NCBI GenBank assembly: GCA_963674785.1
Contig: OY771555.1
Coordinates: 288,001 to 352,000 of the forward strand
Direction: 5' to 3'
Source: Caldisericia bacterium
Lineage (GTDB): Bacteria > Caldisericota > Caldisericia > JAAYUI01
DNA: 64,000 bases
Numbering within the stretch: the stretch's first letter is position 1; every line of letters begins with the position of its first letter. A program made the position numbers and the translations under genes. The notes under the pieces were generated by a model. That model saw only the letters and a list, made by a program, of their open reading frames with translations. It did no database searches and was not told the origin of the DNA. Shown in pieces: positions 26,751 to 36,477 of this stretch.

Positions 26751-27401
26751 ATGCCAAAGGAAACATTTTATAATCTGGACAAGGAAAAAAGAGAAAAGAT
26801 TGAGCGGGTTGCTCTCTCAGAATTTGCAAACTTTGGGTTTCATGGAGCAAAAGTAAACCGAGTTGTCGATAAATCAGGGATTTCAAAAGGTAGCTTCTAT
26901 CAATATTTCACAGGAATGGATGACCTGTTTGTACACATAGTTGAAAACCTTGGGAAAAAGAAAATCAGCTTTATCGGATCTGAACTTAAACTGCTTGGTG
27001 AGAAAGATTTCTTTGAGAAGTTTGAATCAATGTTTTTATCTGGTGTGAAGTTCTACTACTCATTAAGCGAGGACGAGATAACAATCAGCAAAATGCTACC
27101 TATAATAAAAAATCTCTGCTCAGAAAAACTCGAAGTTATGAAAAAAGAGGCAAATCAAATATTTTTTGAGCATCTTATTGATGAGGCAATTTCAACTGGA
27201 GAAATTCAGGCCGATAGGGATTTTGCATTTGTTGTGATTTCAAATACTTCCAAACAAATAATTCAATACCTGAGAAGAAAAAATAAAGTGATGGGCATAG
27301 AAAAAGTTTTTGAAAATGAGTCAAACGTAAAAGAAGCAATATCGCTCTTTCTAGATTTATTAAAAATGGGACTGACAAAAAAGGAGGGTAAAAATGAATA
27401 A
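26751..27401 (+). CDS. TetR/AcrR family regulator
   Basis: MPKETFYNL...ALSEF...GISKGSFYQYF HTH. Confidence 0.92.
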   Translation: MPKETFYNLDKEKREKIERVALSEFANFGFHGAKVNRVVDKSGISKGSFYQYFTGMDDLFVHIVENLGKKKISFIGSELKLLGEKDFFEKFESMFLSGVKFYYSLSEDEITISKMLPIIKNLCSEKLEVMKKEANQIFFEHLIDEAISTGEIQADRDFAFVVISNTSKQIIQYLRRKNKVMGIEKVFENESNVKEAISLFLDLLKMGLTKKEGKNE

Positions 27402-29976
27402 GAAGATGTTCAAATTCAATACAAAAGGTAACCCAACAATAACTGAAGTTGGTGGAAAAGCAAAAAATCTAATTGAGATGATGAAAGCAGGATTTCCAGT
27501 ACCAGATGGGTTTGTGTTGACGACTTCATTTTTTGGTGAATGGACAAAAGAAATAAAATGCAAACAAACATGGAAAGAGTTTCTTTCAAGTCCAACTCAG
27601 GAAAACTGTGAAAGAGTAAAAGCACAAGCAAAAGTAATTGTGTTTTCGAGCAGGCAAAGAGAGATTTTAGAAAATGCGAAAGCAGAGCTAAAAGATACAG
27701 AGCTTTTTGCGGTCAGATCATCATCACCTGAGGAAGACTTAAGTAGCACAAGTTTTGCCGGGATGTACAAAACAATACTTGGAGTAAGACCAAAAGATTT
27801 GGAAGAGAATATCAAAGAAGCTTTTTCATCCATGTTGGATTTCAGAGTAATTGAATACAAGATTCAAAACAAAATCCCGCTCGAGAATACTGAAATCTGT
27901 GTAATCGTTCAGAAGCAGATAAACAGCGATACAAGTGGTATTGGTTTTTCGATAAACCCCCTCAACAACTGTTATGATGAAGCTGTTATCAACTCAAGCT
28001 TTGGACTTGGTGAATCAATTGTTTCCGGAACCATAACACCCGACTCATTCACGATAGAGAAAAATACCGGCGTAATTCTTGAGAAAAATCTGGGTACTAA
28101 AGAAACCAAGTTGCAAATAACAGATTCAAGACATATCGAAGAAATAAGAAATATGGATTCTGAATCATATTCACTTGCAGATAATCAAATACTTGAAATA
28201 TCAGGGTTAATTAAGAGATGTGAGAATCACTATGGTTTCCCTGTTGATATCGAATGGGCATATGAAGGAGAAAATCTTTATCTATTGCAAGTTAGACCAA
28301 TCACAACCTATTTCAAAATGATACCAGAAATGGTGACAAAACCTGGTGAAAGAAAAAAACTATACATGGATCTAATAGGAATGTCACAGGGATTCAGCGA
28401 CCCACTCTCTGTTTTGGGTGCGGATATCTGGGCTACAGTTTTAGAAAGATTAAAACAGGGCACAACACCATCAGGTCATGATGGATTTCTAATCAATGTT
28501 GCTGGAAGACAATATTTCCTTCTTCATAATGTTTTCAAGGCTATGGGTAAAAAGGTTGGATTTAGCATAGTAAATTCATTTTCAAACATCTTTGAGAATG
28601 ATGAGGATGAGATTTTCAAAGAATATGTAACCAAAAAAAGCACAAAAAAACTCAACACGACTAGATTAGCATATCTGAAAGTAGCCTTCAGGATGTTACC
28701 AAACATGGTAAGAACTTTTTTTAACCCTCAAAGACAAATCGAGAGCTTTGAGGAAAATATTGACGGGCTGATGAGAAAATTCAAATCGATAAAAAATGAT
28801 AAGCCACTTGATGAGATTGTGAACAATGCTTTTGATGAGTTTGACAAAATAGCTACGACATTTTCAGCAATATACGCAGGCCTTTTTGCCCAGTGGCGGC
28901 TTAACAAAATGATGAAGGGGACACCTTGTGAAAAGCTTGTTGACTCACTTTTGATGGATGTTCCAAGTAACCCTACAAGTGCAATGGGTCATAAACTATT
29001 TGAACTTGCAAACTCACCTGAAATAATTGCTATAGAAAATTCGGATAAGTTCGTCAGCAAAATTAAACAAAGGGCTTTCTCAGAAGAGTTTATGAGGATA
29101 TATGATGAATACATGTACAGATATGGTGAAAGAGGATTCAAAGAGATTGACATCTCATCAAAAAGAACTGTTGAAAATCTCGATACCTTTTTTAAACAGC
29201 TAAAATCTGTAAATCTGAAAGAAAACCAGCTTCTGAAAGTCACACAACACAAAGAAGAATCTCTAGAGAAAATGCGTGAGGTTGCAAAGGGGAAAGGGAA
29301 GCTAAAGAAATTCGAAAAATATGTTTGGATGATAAACAAAGCATATGGACACAGAGAAACACCCAAGTATTTGATGGTTGTTCTGAATGGAACACTCAGA
29401 AAATTGGCACTTGAGATCGGAGATCAATTTGTATCTGAAAAAAGACTTATTAATAATAAAGAGATTTTTGACCTTACACTCTCTCAAATTGGGGATGCCC
29501 AAAGAGACGAGAAGGTAAATCTTCGATCCATAATCGAGAAAAACTTAAAGCCGTATGAACTCTACAAGAACAGAAAAAGCTTTCCCAACTTCTTTAATAG
29601 CAGAGGCAAGATTCTAAACAAAGCCATCACTCCAAAAAATGGAGACTATTCAGGGATTGCAGTATCGGCAGGAGTAATAAGAGGAAGAGCAAAAGTATTG
29701 AACACTCCTTACGAAAAACCTCTTGAACCAGGTGAAATCCTTGTGACAGTTGCAACAGAACCTTCGTGGACACCGGTTTTTGTTAATGCGTCAGGAGTTG
29801 TACTCGAGGTTGGAGCAGGACTTCAGCATGGCGCAATCATCGCTCGTGAATACGGACTTCCCTGTGTAAGTGGACTTACTGGCATAACAAAAATCATTGA
29901 AGATGGAGACATCATTGAAGTTGATGGCACAAATGGAATCGTGAGAATCCTTGAGCAAAAAGAGCAAGAATCATGA
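27394..29976 (+). CDS. PEP-utilizing phosphotransferase with rifampin phosphotransferase (RPH)-like architecture
   Basis: VGGKA, AVRSSSPEED...SFAG, DIEWA...LLQVRPIT ATP-grasp; C-terminal swivel domain with HGAIIAREYGLP; 860 aa. Confidence 0.85.
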   Translation: MNKKMFKFNTKGNPTITEVGGKAKNLIEMMKAGFPVPDGFVLTTSFFGEWTKEIKCKQTWKEFLSSPTQENCERVKAQAKVIVFSSRQREILENAKAELKDTELFAVRSSSPEEDLSSTSFAGMYKTILGVRPKDLEENIKEAFSSMLDFRVIEYKIQNKIPLENTEICVIVQKQINSDTSGIGFSINPLNNCYDEAVINSSFGLGESIVSGTITPDSFTIEKNTGVILEKNLGTKETKLQITDSRHIEEIRNMDSESYSLADNQILEISGLIKRCENHYGFPVDIEWAYEGENLYLLQVRPITTYFKMIPEMVTKPGERKKLYMDLIGMSQGFSDPLSVLGADIWATVLERLKQGTTPSGHDGFLINVAGRQYFLLHNVFKAMGKKVGFSIVNSFSNIFENDEDEIFKEYVTKKSTKKLNTTRLAYLKVAFRMLPNMVRTFFNPQRQIESFEENIDGLMRKFKSIKNDKPLDEIVNNAFDEFDKIATTFSAIYAGLFAQWRLNKMMKGTPCEKLVDSLLMDVPSNPTSAMGHKLFELANSPEIIAIENSDKFVSKIKQRAFSEEFMRIYDEYMYRYGERGFKEIDISSKRTVENLDTFFKQLKSVNLKENQLLKVTQHKEESLEKMREVAKGKGKLKKFEKYVWMINKAYGHRETPKYLMVVLNGTLRKLALEIGDQFVSEKRLINNKEIFDLTLSQIGDAQRDEKVNLRSIIEKNLKPYELYKNRKSFPNFFNSRGKILNKAITPKNGDYSGIAVSAGVIRGRAKVLNTPYEKPLEPGEILVTVATEPSWTPVFVNASGVVLEVGAGLQHGAIIAREYGLPCVSGLTGITKIIEDGDIIEVDGTNGIVRILEQKEQES

Positions 29977-30021
29977 AGACAGTTTAAGTTTTTTCTGGTA
30001 CAATATTCTCGAGGTAAACAT

Positions 30022-30906
30022 ATGAGCAGGAATATTGATATAATTTCAGGTGTTGTGAACTACATTGACAGCAACATTGGTGAACAAGTCAACCTTGATT
30101 CGATTGCAAAAGCTTTTGGTTACTCAAAATACCACCTTCACAGGATGTTTACGGCAGTTGTTGGGATACCAATTCACACATACACAAAAAGAAGAAGACT
30201 CACAGAAGCTGCGTATAAATTGGTTTCATCAGACATTTCAATTGTAGATATTGCGCTTGCCACAGGTTATGAATCCCAGCAATCCTTCACAGATAGCTTC
30301 AGAAGTCTTTATAAAACAAGCCCCGATAGATACAGGAAAAGGAAAAGATTTAAACCTCTTCAAGATAAATTCGATAGCGGAATATTTCCAGACCTGAAAG
30401 CCGATGACAGCATAAAAATCGATGTAAAAGATATTGATAAATTGGAACTTGCAGGTTTTTCAGCAAATACTTCCAAAGGTTTTTGGGTGATTGGCATCTG
30501 TCACAGAAAACTAAATAAGATATTGAAAAAATACCCGAATATCGCAAATAACAATGACGTGATTGGACTCAATGACTATTCTGAATTTGAAAGTTTCAAT
30601 GGCAAAATATCATACGAATATCTTGCAGCCTTTATCGCAAAAAAAGATGAACCACTACCCGAAGGCATGGAAACGAGAATAATCCCGGCATCAAAATATG
30701 CCACCTTCACGTTCTATGGTAACAAAAAAGCATCAACAGAACATATTGCAAAATATGTCTATACTAATTGGTTTCCGAGATCCACACTCCGATTCAATGA
30801 GAAGCTGATGCTTGATTTTTTCAGATATTATGATGAAACTAACGATAAGGGTTTAGACAAGATTGAGTACTTTGTGCCTGTAATCGAGCAGAATGGGGTG
30901 ATCTGA
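30022..30906 (+). CDS. AraC family regulator with GyrI-like effector domain
   Basis: YSKYHLHRMF...RRRLTEAA...GYESQQSFT...SPDRYR; GyrI-like C-terminus. Confidence 0.9.
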   Translation: MSRNIDIISGVVNYIDSNIGEQVNLDSIAKAFGYSKYHLHRMFTAVVGIPIHTYTKRRRLTEAAYKLVSSDISIVDIALATGYESQQSFTDSFRSLYKTSPDRYRKRKRFKPLQDKFDSGIFPDLKADDSIKIDVKDIDKLELAGFSANTSKGFWVIGICHRKLNKILKKYPNIANNNDVIGLNDYSEFESFNGKISYEYLAAFIAKKDEPLPEGMETRIIPASKYATFTFYGNKKASTEHIAKYVYTNWFPRSTLRFNEKLMLDFFRYYDETNDKGLDKIEYFVPVIEQNGVI

Positions 30907-31547
30907 TGGATTTAATCGAGAGAATAAGGAGCAAAGAAGACATCGATGTTTTGGTCGATGAGGTGATAAAACAACCAAAAATCATTGATGAGCTGATTCA
31001 TATTATGCAAACCGACAAAAGCGCATTCAAGTTCAACTGTGAAAAGGTCGTCAGATTCACAAGTGGAAAAAAGCCTGAGCTTATCTATCCGCACTTTGAT
31101 ACACTTGCCAAAATGCTTGATTCCGAAAACAGTTTCCTTAAGTGGGGCTCAATCATGACTGTAGCAAATATGACGGCAGTCGATTCGGATAATAAGTTTC
31201 TTGATGTTTTTGACAAATACTATGGTCTTCTGAATAGCGAAAAGATGGTTGCTGCAAACAATGTCATTGGCAGTAGCAAGGTTATCGCCAAAAACAAACC
31301 GGAGCTTGTCGACAGGATTGTTGATGAAATTTTGAAGGTTGATGATGCAACATATCTTCATAAAGGCAAGATTTCAGAGATGTGTAAAAATATCGCACTT
31401 GGTGAGGCAATTTCTTTTTTTATTGAGGTATATGAAGCTGCCTCAAAAAAGGATGAAATCAGAAACTTTGTAAATAAACAAGAAAACAATGAACGACCAA
31501 AGGTAGTGAAAAACGTAAAAAAGTTTAGGAAGAAGTTTGGAGAGTAG
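30906..31547 (+). CDS. Hypothetical alpha-helical (HEAT/ARM-like) protein
   Basis: TGATG coupling to the AraC gene; helical pattern PELIYPHFD...LKW. Confidence 0.75.
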   Translation: MDLIERIRSKEDIDVLVDEVIKQPKIIDELIHIMQTDKSAFKFNCEKVVRFTSGKKPELIYPHFDTLAKMLDSENSFLKWGSIMTVANMTAVDSDNKFLDVFDKYYGLLNSEKMVAANNVIGSSKVIAKNKPELVDRIVDEILKVDDATYLHKGKISEMCKNIALGEAISFFIEVYEAASKKDEIRNFVNKQENNERPKVVKNVKKFRKKFGE

Positions 31548-31642
31548 GGTTTTATTTTTCTCTCCTTTTTTTGGAGGGAGTTTTGAATCATACATTGTTA
31601 TACACAAACCCCTCAGGTTCTAGTCTCATTAGTAAGGTCTTC

Positions 31643-32893
31643 TCACTGTTCCAAAAAGCTCCACTTTTTTTCTAACCCGATTACACCTTCTCTCTGGTTT
31701 TTGTTGTTTACAATCGCATCAAGTTTTTTTGATACCAAATTCCAATGAGCAGCATGTCCTAACAACTTTTCTTTAGATAACTCGAAGAGATACTTAGGTT
31801 TTATGTCACAAAAACAATTTGTGTCGAGATTCCTAAGGTTTTTCCATATATCATTGGCTATTTCTAGGGTTATATCAAATCTTTGTTTCATTTGATAGTC
31901 AATTCCTCGCATGCTCATCAAATCTGTAATCGAGCCATCATAATCTGATAGTTCATGGATTATGCTATTCCTCTTTTTATAGATACAATTGATAAACTCA
32001 CTAACAACACCTCTCATCGATGAGATATCTGGAAGTATTATTAACTTCCCTTTCGGTCTTTTTTGATCAATCATCTCATTTAACATGTCGAATTTTTGGG
32101 CAATACACAGATCATTAAATTCATTATCAAGCGATCTGATTTTGTTTTTGGAGTATCCATAAGAAAGGATGTAGACTTCCCTGCACATATTCCTTAAAAA
32201 AGATTCCATAAATGTTGACAGTTGAAGCACACAAATTGTTGAAAAGCCTATGTTTTCAATGTTAATATGTGCAAATTCTATGGAGTTCCTTGATGACAAA
32301 GTACTAAAATCATCAACTGAGTTTATTTCTTTCAACTTTTCATACTGAAGTTTGTTGTTTAAAATATTGTAATAACTTTTGGTGGCGAGAATTAAAGAAA
32401 GCTGATCACTTGAACCATAATCATACTTAATGTAGTCACTTGCCTGATTGAACTCCGCAATAGGTGACATGTAGGGAAGAAATCCATTGGCCATTTCTCT
32501 AATATTCATATATTGATTGAGCCAACCAAATTCAATTTTGAGATGACTATTTGTGAAATTCATCGGATTGAGAATGCCGTAAACTTCTCTCAGCTTATCA
32601 GCAAACATTCTCGGAAAATCATCCATCCAGTTTATCCACTTTATTTGTTCACATTTTTTTATCTCCTCAACATACGAGCTAATGAGATCCTTTTCAGCTT
32701 TTGATAAACTTGGAAGCTTTTTTCCCTGTTCATTCAAAGGCTCTTCAAAACTTGGTGTTCTTTTTGTATGAATTCTCTCTAAATTCTTATCATTGGATAT
32801 TTTGAGTGATATTAAGCTGAAAGGATTGACTAGATTCCTAATAAAGAAAATAAAGATCAGATTATCATCATTGCTAATTTTACTATTTCCCAT
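31643..32893 (-). CDS. Hypothetical protein with a candidate HEPN domain
   Basis: RNSIIH (Rx4H) preceded by LSTFMESFLR helix; TTGAAA-16-TATAAT lies 7 nt before ATG 32893. Confidence 0.6.
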   Translation of the reverse strand: MGNSKISNDDNLIFIFFIRNLVNPFSLISLKISNDKNLERIHTKRTPSFEEPLNEQGKKLPSLSKAEKDLISSYVEEIKKCEQIKWINWMDDFPRMFADKLREVYGILNPMNFTNSHLKIEFGWLNQYMNIREMANGFLPYMSPIAEFNQASDYIKYDYGSSDQLSLILATKSYYNILNNKLQYEKLKEINSVDDFSTLSSRNSIEFAHINIENIGFSTICVLQLSTFMESFLRNMCREVYILSYGYSKNKIRSLDNEFNDLCIAQKFDMLNEMIDQKRPKGKLIILPDISSMRGVVSEFINCIYKKRNSIIHELSDYDGSITDLMSMRGIDYQMKQRFDITLEIANDIWKNLRNLDTNCFCDIKPKYLFELSKEKLLGHAAHWNLVSKKLDAIVNNKNQREGVIGLEKKWSFLEQ

Positions 32894-32987
32894 ACAACTA
32901 ATTATACACCAAAACCCACGCTTTTCAAAAGCCTTTCTCCTCAAAAAATGTCGGTTTGTTTTAGAATTTACGCATCTTTTAGATACC

Positions 32988-33123
32988 CTAGATTCCCGGT
33001 CGTAGCAGGGAATAACGAGGATAGGATGCGGGATGACATTGAGAGATTTCTAGATTCATGATCTTAGCCAGCAATAATAAGGAAAGGAACGACATTCGAG
33101 ATTTTGAATCAAGTTCAGGATGA
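32988..33123. repeat. Cluster of degenerate family-A REPs
   Basis: ctagattcccggtcgtagcagggaataac (32988-33016), gcgggatgac remnant, ctagattcatgatc remnant, agattttgaatcaagttcaggatga (33099-33123). Confidence 0.7.
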
Positions 33124-33197
33124 AGATATCACAAAAAGGGTGTAACTTATCAATCTTGGAAATTCAGGGTTCAAGCTCAGAATATAGAATAGGAAGT

Positions 33198-33222
33198 GGG
33201 GATGGCTGTTTATGTCATCCCC
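33198..33222 (-). terminator. Possible terminator hairpin of 33240..33758
   Basis: ggggatggc-N7-gtcatcccc just after the stop codon; weak U-tail. Confidence 0.4.
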
Positions 33223-33239
33223 GAAAATTGAACATGAAT

Positions 33240-33758
33240 CTATTTTAAAACAACACTATCCATCATAGCTTTGATATCTGGTGTGAGTTCGCGGGTTTTT
33301 GTGTTTGCCTTTACAACAAGCATTTTTCCCTCGTCACCATACATTGTAGCATAGTGAGTCTGATGAGTTCCTGATGCTTCATATCTTGTCATATAGAAAT
33401 CTTTCCCCCACATGCTGACTTCTTCGATTGGCTCGCCTTCATATGCTGAAATTGCCTGCTCGATGAATATTTTTGGATAACCTTCACTTTGATTTTCACC
33501 CTCTAAAGCAATCTGAAGTGCTTCAGTTCCCTTGTAAATCTGAATTCCCCCTGTGACATCCCATTTTGTCCAGCCGTCAAGCACAGTGATTGTCATAAAA
33601 TCTGTTTCAACTTCAGTACCCTTGATCTTTTTGGTCGAGGCATTTTCACTCTTTGGGGTTTCGTTGGTCGTGTTATTTGTAGTGGTTTTTTCCCCACCAC
33701 ACGATGCCAAACCAATCATCAATACAAAAACAAGCAATCCAGTAAAAATTCTTTTCAT
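33240..33758 (-). CDS. Lipoprotein
   Basis: GAGGAG RBS; lipobox LASC; Thr/Asn-rich linker. Confidence 0.85.
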   Translation of the reverse strand: MKRIFTGLLVFVLMIGLASCGGEKTTTNNTTNETPKSENASTKKIKGTEVETDFMTITVLDGWTKWDVTGGIQIYKGTEALQIALEGENQSEGYPKIFIEQAISAYEGEPIEEVSMWGKDFYMTRYEASGTHQTHYATMYGDEGKMLVVKANTKTRELTPDIKAMMDSVVLK

Positions 33759-33883
33759 AAGTTCTCCTCTTTCTTTTCTAATTGACCAATAAATTATAAG
33801 CAGGTCAGGTATCAGGCACTGTATAACACAGCATATAAAAGATGTAAAACCAGGAAAGTTTAAAAATGTTTCAATATAATTAA

Positions 33884-33910
33884 TAACTACCAGAATAATA
33901 CTGGTAGTTA
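33884..33910 (-). terminator. Hairpin downstream of 33916..34542
   Basis: taactaccag-N7-ctggtagtta perfect 10-bp inverted repeat. Confidence 0.5.
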
Positions 33911-33915
33911 GATTC

Positions 33916-34542
33916 CTACTTGATAAACTCCATCGCCATCATCAAAAAACCACTAAAAGCTGCGTTATTAGGAGACAATTTTAGAGAGACTTCTTTTTTC
34001 ATCGTATTAATACAATCTCGATACTTGACAAAGAATTTGTAGTTTGGTCTCGGCCGATAAACCAAATCTTCAAGCTCAAAAACCTTAATTACATTCTTGA
34101 CTGTTGTTGGCTTAAAAAGCAAGTCAGTATCTGGGTAGTAGTAACATCTGAAAACTGTCATAACAGTCCATTTCGCAAGTTTATGCTGATCTAGTACATC
34201 CAAAAATTGGCAAAATCCAGAAAACTCATCACCATGGAGAAGTTCATGCAATGCGCTCACCATCTCTGTTTTTTCATCTGAATTCATACTCCTTACAGCA
34301 TCGCGAAATTTTGGTTTTTCAAAAACTGAAACCATGGATGAACGTGAGACCAACTTAATCATGTTTTCTGAGGATTCGTCTATGTCTTTAAACATATCCC
34401 CTGAGAAGCTCTCATGCACAAAAGAAGTCAACTTATCCATCTTATGTTTTTTTGAAATCTTTTGTATCTCAGGATTTTCAAATCCACCCGGATACGTCTC
34501 AAAAAACATTCCTTCTGCTTCTTTTAGTTTTTTTATATTCAT
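33916..34542 (-). CDS. Hypothetical protein
   Basis: AGGAG RBS before ATG 34542 (MNIKKLKEAE...YPGGF); long open frame. Confidence 0.8.
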   Translation of the reverse strand: MNIKKLKEAEGMFFETYPGGFENPEIQKISKKHKMDKLTSFVHESFSGDMFKDIDESSENMIKLVSRSSMVSVFEKPKFRDAVRSMNSDEKTEMVSALHELLHGDEFSGFCQFLDVLDQHKLAKWTVMTVFRCYYYPDTDLLFKPTTVKNVIKVFELEDLVYRPRPNYKFFVKYRDCINTMKKEVSLKLSPNNAAFSGFLMMAMEFIK

Positions 34543-34690
34543 CTGGGTTTTCTCCTGGTCTGTTGTATTTAAATGTATATGAGTTGACATGCTTTTTCAA
34601 TAAGGCTCGAGATTTATAAAAGATACCAAATGGATTTGAATTGAAATTTTTGTGACCCAATGATATCCTGTTCCCAATAGGAGGGTATAC

Positions 34691-35074
34691 ATGAGTAATC
34701 AAACAAACGTAAGAATTATTAGATGGGTTCTAAGGATAGTTGCAACCGCACTTGCCATTTTGATACCGTGGTATCTATTCAGAAGTATCCAAATTTCAGC
34801 ATCAATGTCTGTGTTTTCTTTAATAGGTGTAATTTCCTATATTATCTATTTTATCGTTATTGCTGGGTTGATTACATTCTGGTTTAATGAAGTATGGGCT
34901 GGAATAATCATTTTGATAGGTCTATTTCTCATTTTAATTGTTGGTGCCCTATCTCTGGGTCGAATACACTTAGATTGGTATTACTTTTCTGTGGTTATCC
35001 TGGCAGTTGTTTTTATTTTGTTTGGGAATTGGAGTAAAAAAACTTTAAAAAATGTAGTTTTTAAAAACTATTAG
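34691..35074 (+). CDS. Small 4-TM membrane protein
   Basis: AGGAGG RBS; four hydrophobic segments. Confidence 0.8.
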   Translation: MSNQTNVRIIRWVLRIVATALAILIPWYLFRSIQISASMSVFSLIGVISYIIYFIVIAGLITFWFNEVWAGIIILIGLFLILIVGALSLGRIHLDWYYFSVVILAVVFILFGNWSKKTLKNVVFKNY

Positions 35075-35166
35075 GGTAGTCATAAAACTCGTAAGTTTCG
35101 AATTAGATCTCAAAGAATACAGATATGTATAAAAGAGATGTGAGAATGAGAATGAGATTGATTTGA

Positions 35167-36078
35167 TTATGTTATCCTCTTGAATTTCTGCGATAACCAA
35201 TATTTTAGTGTGTTCAACCTCCATTTTCTGATTACTTTATCAAACTCTCTCCAGTATTTTTCCTTATGACCATTTGCCGATCTTTCAAATAATTGGTCTC
35301 TTATTTTCAAAGTATATTGGTTTTCACCTACTGATAATTCTCCAAAAGATATTGCATTTGAAGGACAATGATTCATACATCTTAAACAATGCAGGCAACC
35401 AACATCATCTATTATTTCAATTCTGACATCCCCTACTACCAAGTTATTATCTGGACATTTTCCTGCGCACAACCCACACAGAATGCATTTATCAGGATTT
35501 ATCTGCAATTTTTGATATTTTGTTATCTCAATATCTCCGACAATTCTACTTATTATTCTGCTTATTATACTTTGATTTCTATTTTGTTTTTGTGTTGATG
35601 GAGAATTGACTTTATCGATTATTTCTTCTGTAAATTCCTTAATTCTTTCAGAAATACTGTCCTCAAAAAACATCACAGATTGATACTCGTAGTCATCTTT
35701 TGGTTTTCTTGCTGAGATTCCACATGATGGTGATTTGAAGGATTTTTTTGAAATCAAGCCAAATCCATCAAGTTTTTCTGAAAAATCGGTGAATGAATAT
35801 GCATTAAATCTGGCATATGTTGAAAACTGAAAGTATTTATTTTTTCGAGCTTTCTTGGCGATAACCGGGAGAACTCTGTCAAATATTTCTGGATATGAAA
35901 ATTTATAAACAGGAAAACCAAAGCCTAGAATCTTGCCTTCAAAATCAAGCTCTGATATATCTTTCTCAATAGAAACCATTTGGACAGAATGATTTTTTGA
36001 TTCGAGAGATTCTTTTATTTTTGTGGTTATAAGCTCAGTATTTCCTGTTCCTGAAAAATATAAAATCAAGAATTCCAT
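35167..36078 (-). CDS. EFR1-family ferrodoxin (flavodoxin fold plus 4Fe-4S dicluster)
   Basis: YFSGTGNT, GFPVY; CILCGLCAGKCP and CLHCLRCMNHCP; AGGAGG RBS. Confidence 0.9.
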   Translation of the reverse strand: MEFLILYFSGTGNTELITTKIKESLESKNHSVQMVSIEKDISELDFEGKILGFGFPVYKFSYPEIFDRVLPVIAKKARKNKYFQFSTYARFNAYSFTDFSEKLDGFGLISKKSFKSPSCGISARKPKDDYEYQSVMFFEDSISERIKEFTEEIIDKVNSPSTQKQNRNQSIISRIISRIVGDIEITKYQKLQINPDKCILCGLCAGKCPDNNLVVGDVRIEIIDDVGCLHCLRCMNHCPSNAISFGELSVGENQYTLKIRDQLFERSANGHKEKYWREFDKVIRKWRLNTLKYWLSQKFKRIT

Positions 36079-36173
36079 TGTCTTGTGTCCCTCCTATTGT
36101 TGTCACTATTGTAGTCGAATTCCCAGAAAATAATACTAATGCAATATTCTTTGAAGATGTCATTTTAGTCTGG

Positions 36174-36200
36174 AGATTCCCGGTCGTAGCCGGGAATGAC
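36174..36200 (-). repeat. Family-A REP hairpin
   Basis: agattcccggtcgtagccgggaatgac, exact reverse complement of 8726-8752. Confidence 0.85.
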
Positions 36201-36239
36201 AAAAGTATAGTTTTCTCATAGTCAAAAGGGGTCTTGTTA

Positions 36240-36275
36240 TGGCGGAAGATAACTCCAGTAACCCGCTTTCCAGGC
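36240..36275 (-). repeat. Internally deleted duplicate of the tRNA-Ser 3' half (att-like scar)
   Basis: 36247-36275 identical to 36357-36385 (29 bp); 36240-36246 identical to the tRNA 3' end 36324-36330; the 26-nt segment including the T-arm is missing. Confidence 0.85.
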
Positions 36276-36323
36276 ATAAGGGTGTAGGTTTCAGGTTAGG
36301 TTTCCTTTGAAGGCGATATTTGA

Positions 36324-36415
36324 TGGCGGAGAGTGAGGGATTCGAACCCACGTACCAGATAACTCCAGTAACCCGCTTTCCAGGCGGGCGCCTTCAACCG
36401 CTCAGCCAACTCTCC
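36324..36415 (-). tRNA. tRNA-Ser (GGA)
   Basis: GGAGAGT acceptor arm, anticodon arm CCCGC-CTGGAAA-GCGGG, long variable arm, GGTTCGAATCC T-loop, discriminator G and encoded CCA. Confidence 0.97.
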
Positions 36416-36435
36416 ATCCAAGTTTCAGACTAGAC

Positions 36436-36463
36436 ATTATGTGGATAGTGCGGGAATTGTCAA
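36436..36463 (-). promoter_or_regulatory. Sigma70 promoter of tRNA-Ser
   Basis: TTGACA-16-CATAAT on the minus strand, 20 nt upstream of the tRNA. Confidence 0.7.
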
Positions 36464-36477
36464 GGAGCTTTGGGAAG

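Noticed and set aside
27394-29976. Calling the gene ppsA or rph outright
   Set aside because: Domain order does not fit PEP synthase, and rifampin specificity cannot be judged by eye.
23400-36323. Integron cassette array
   Set aside because: No integron integrase, hairpins lack attC RYYYAAC/GTTRRRY ends, and genes lie on both strands.
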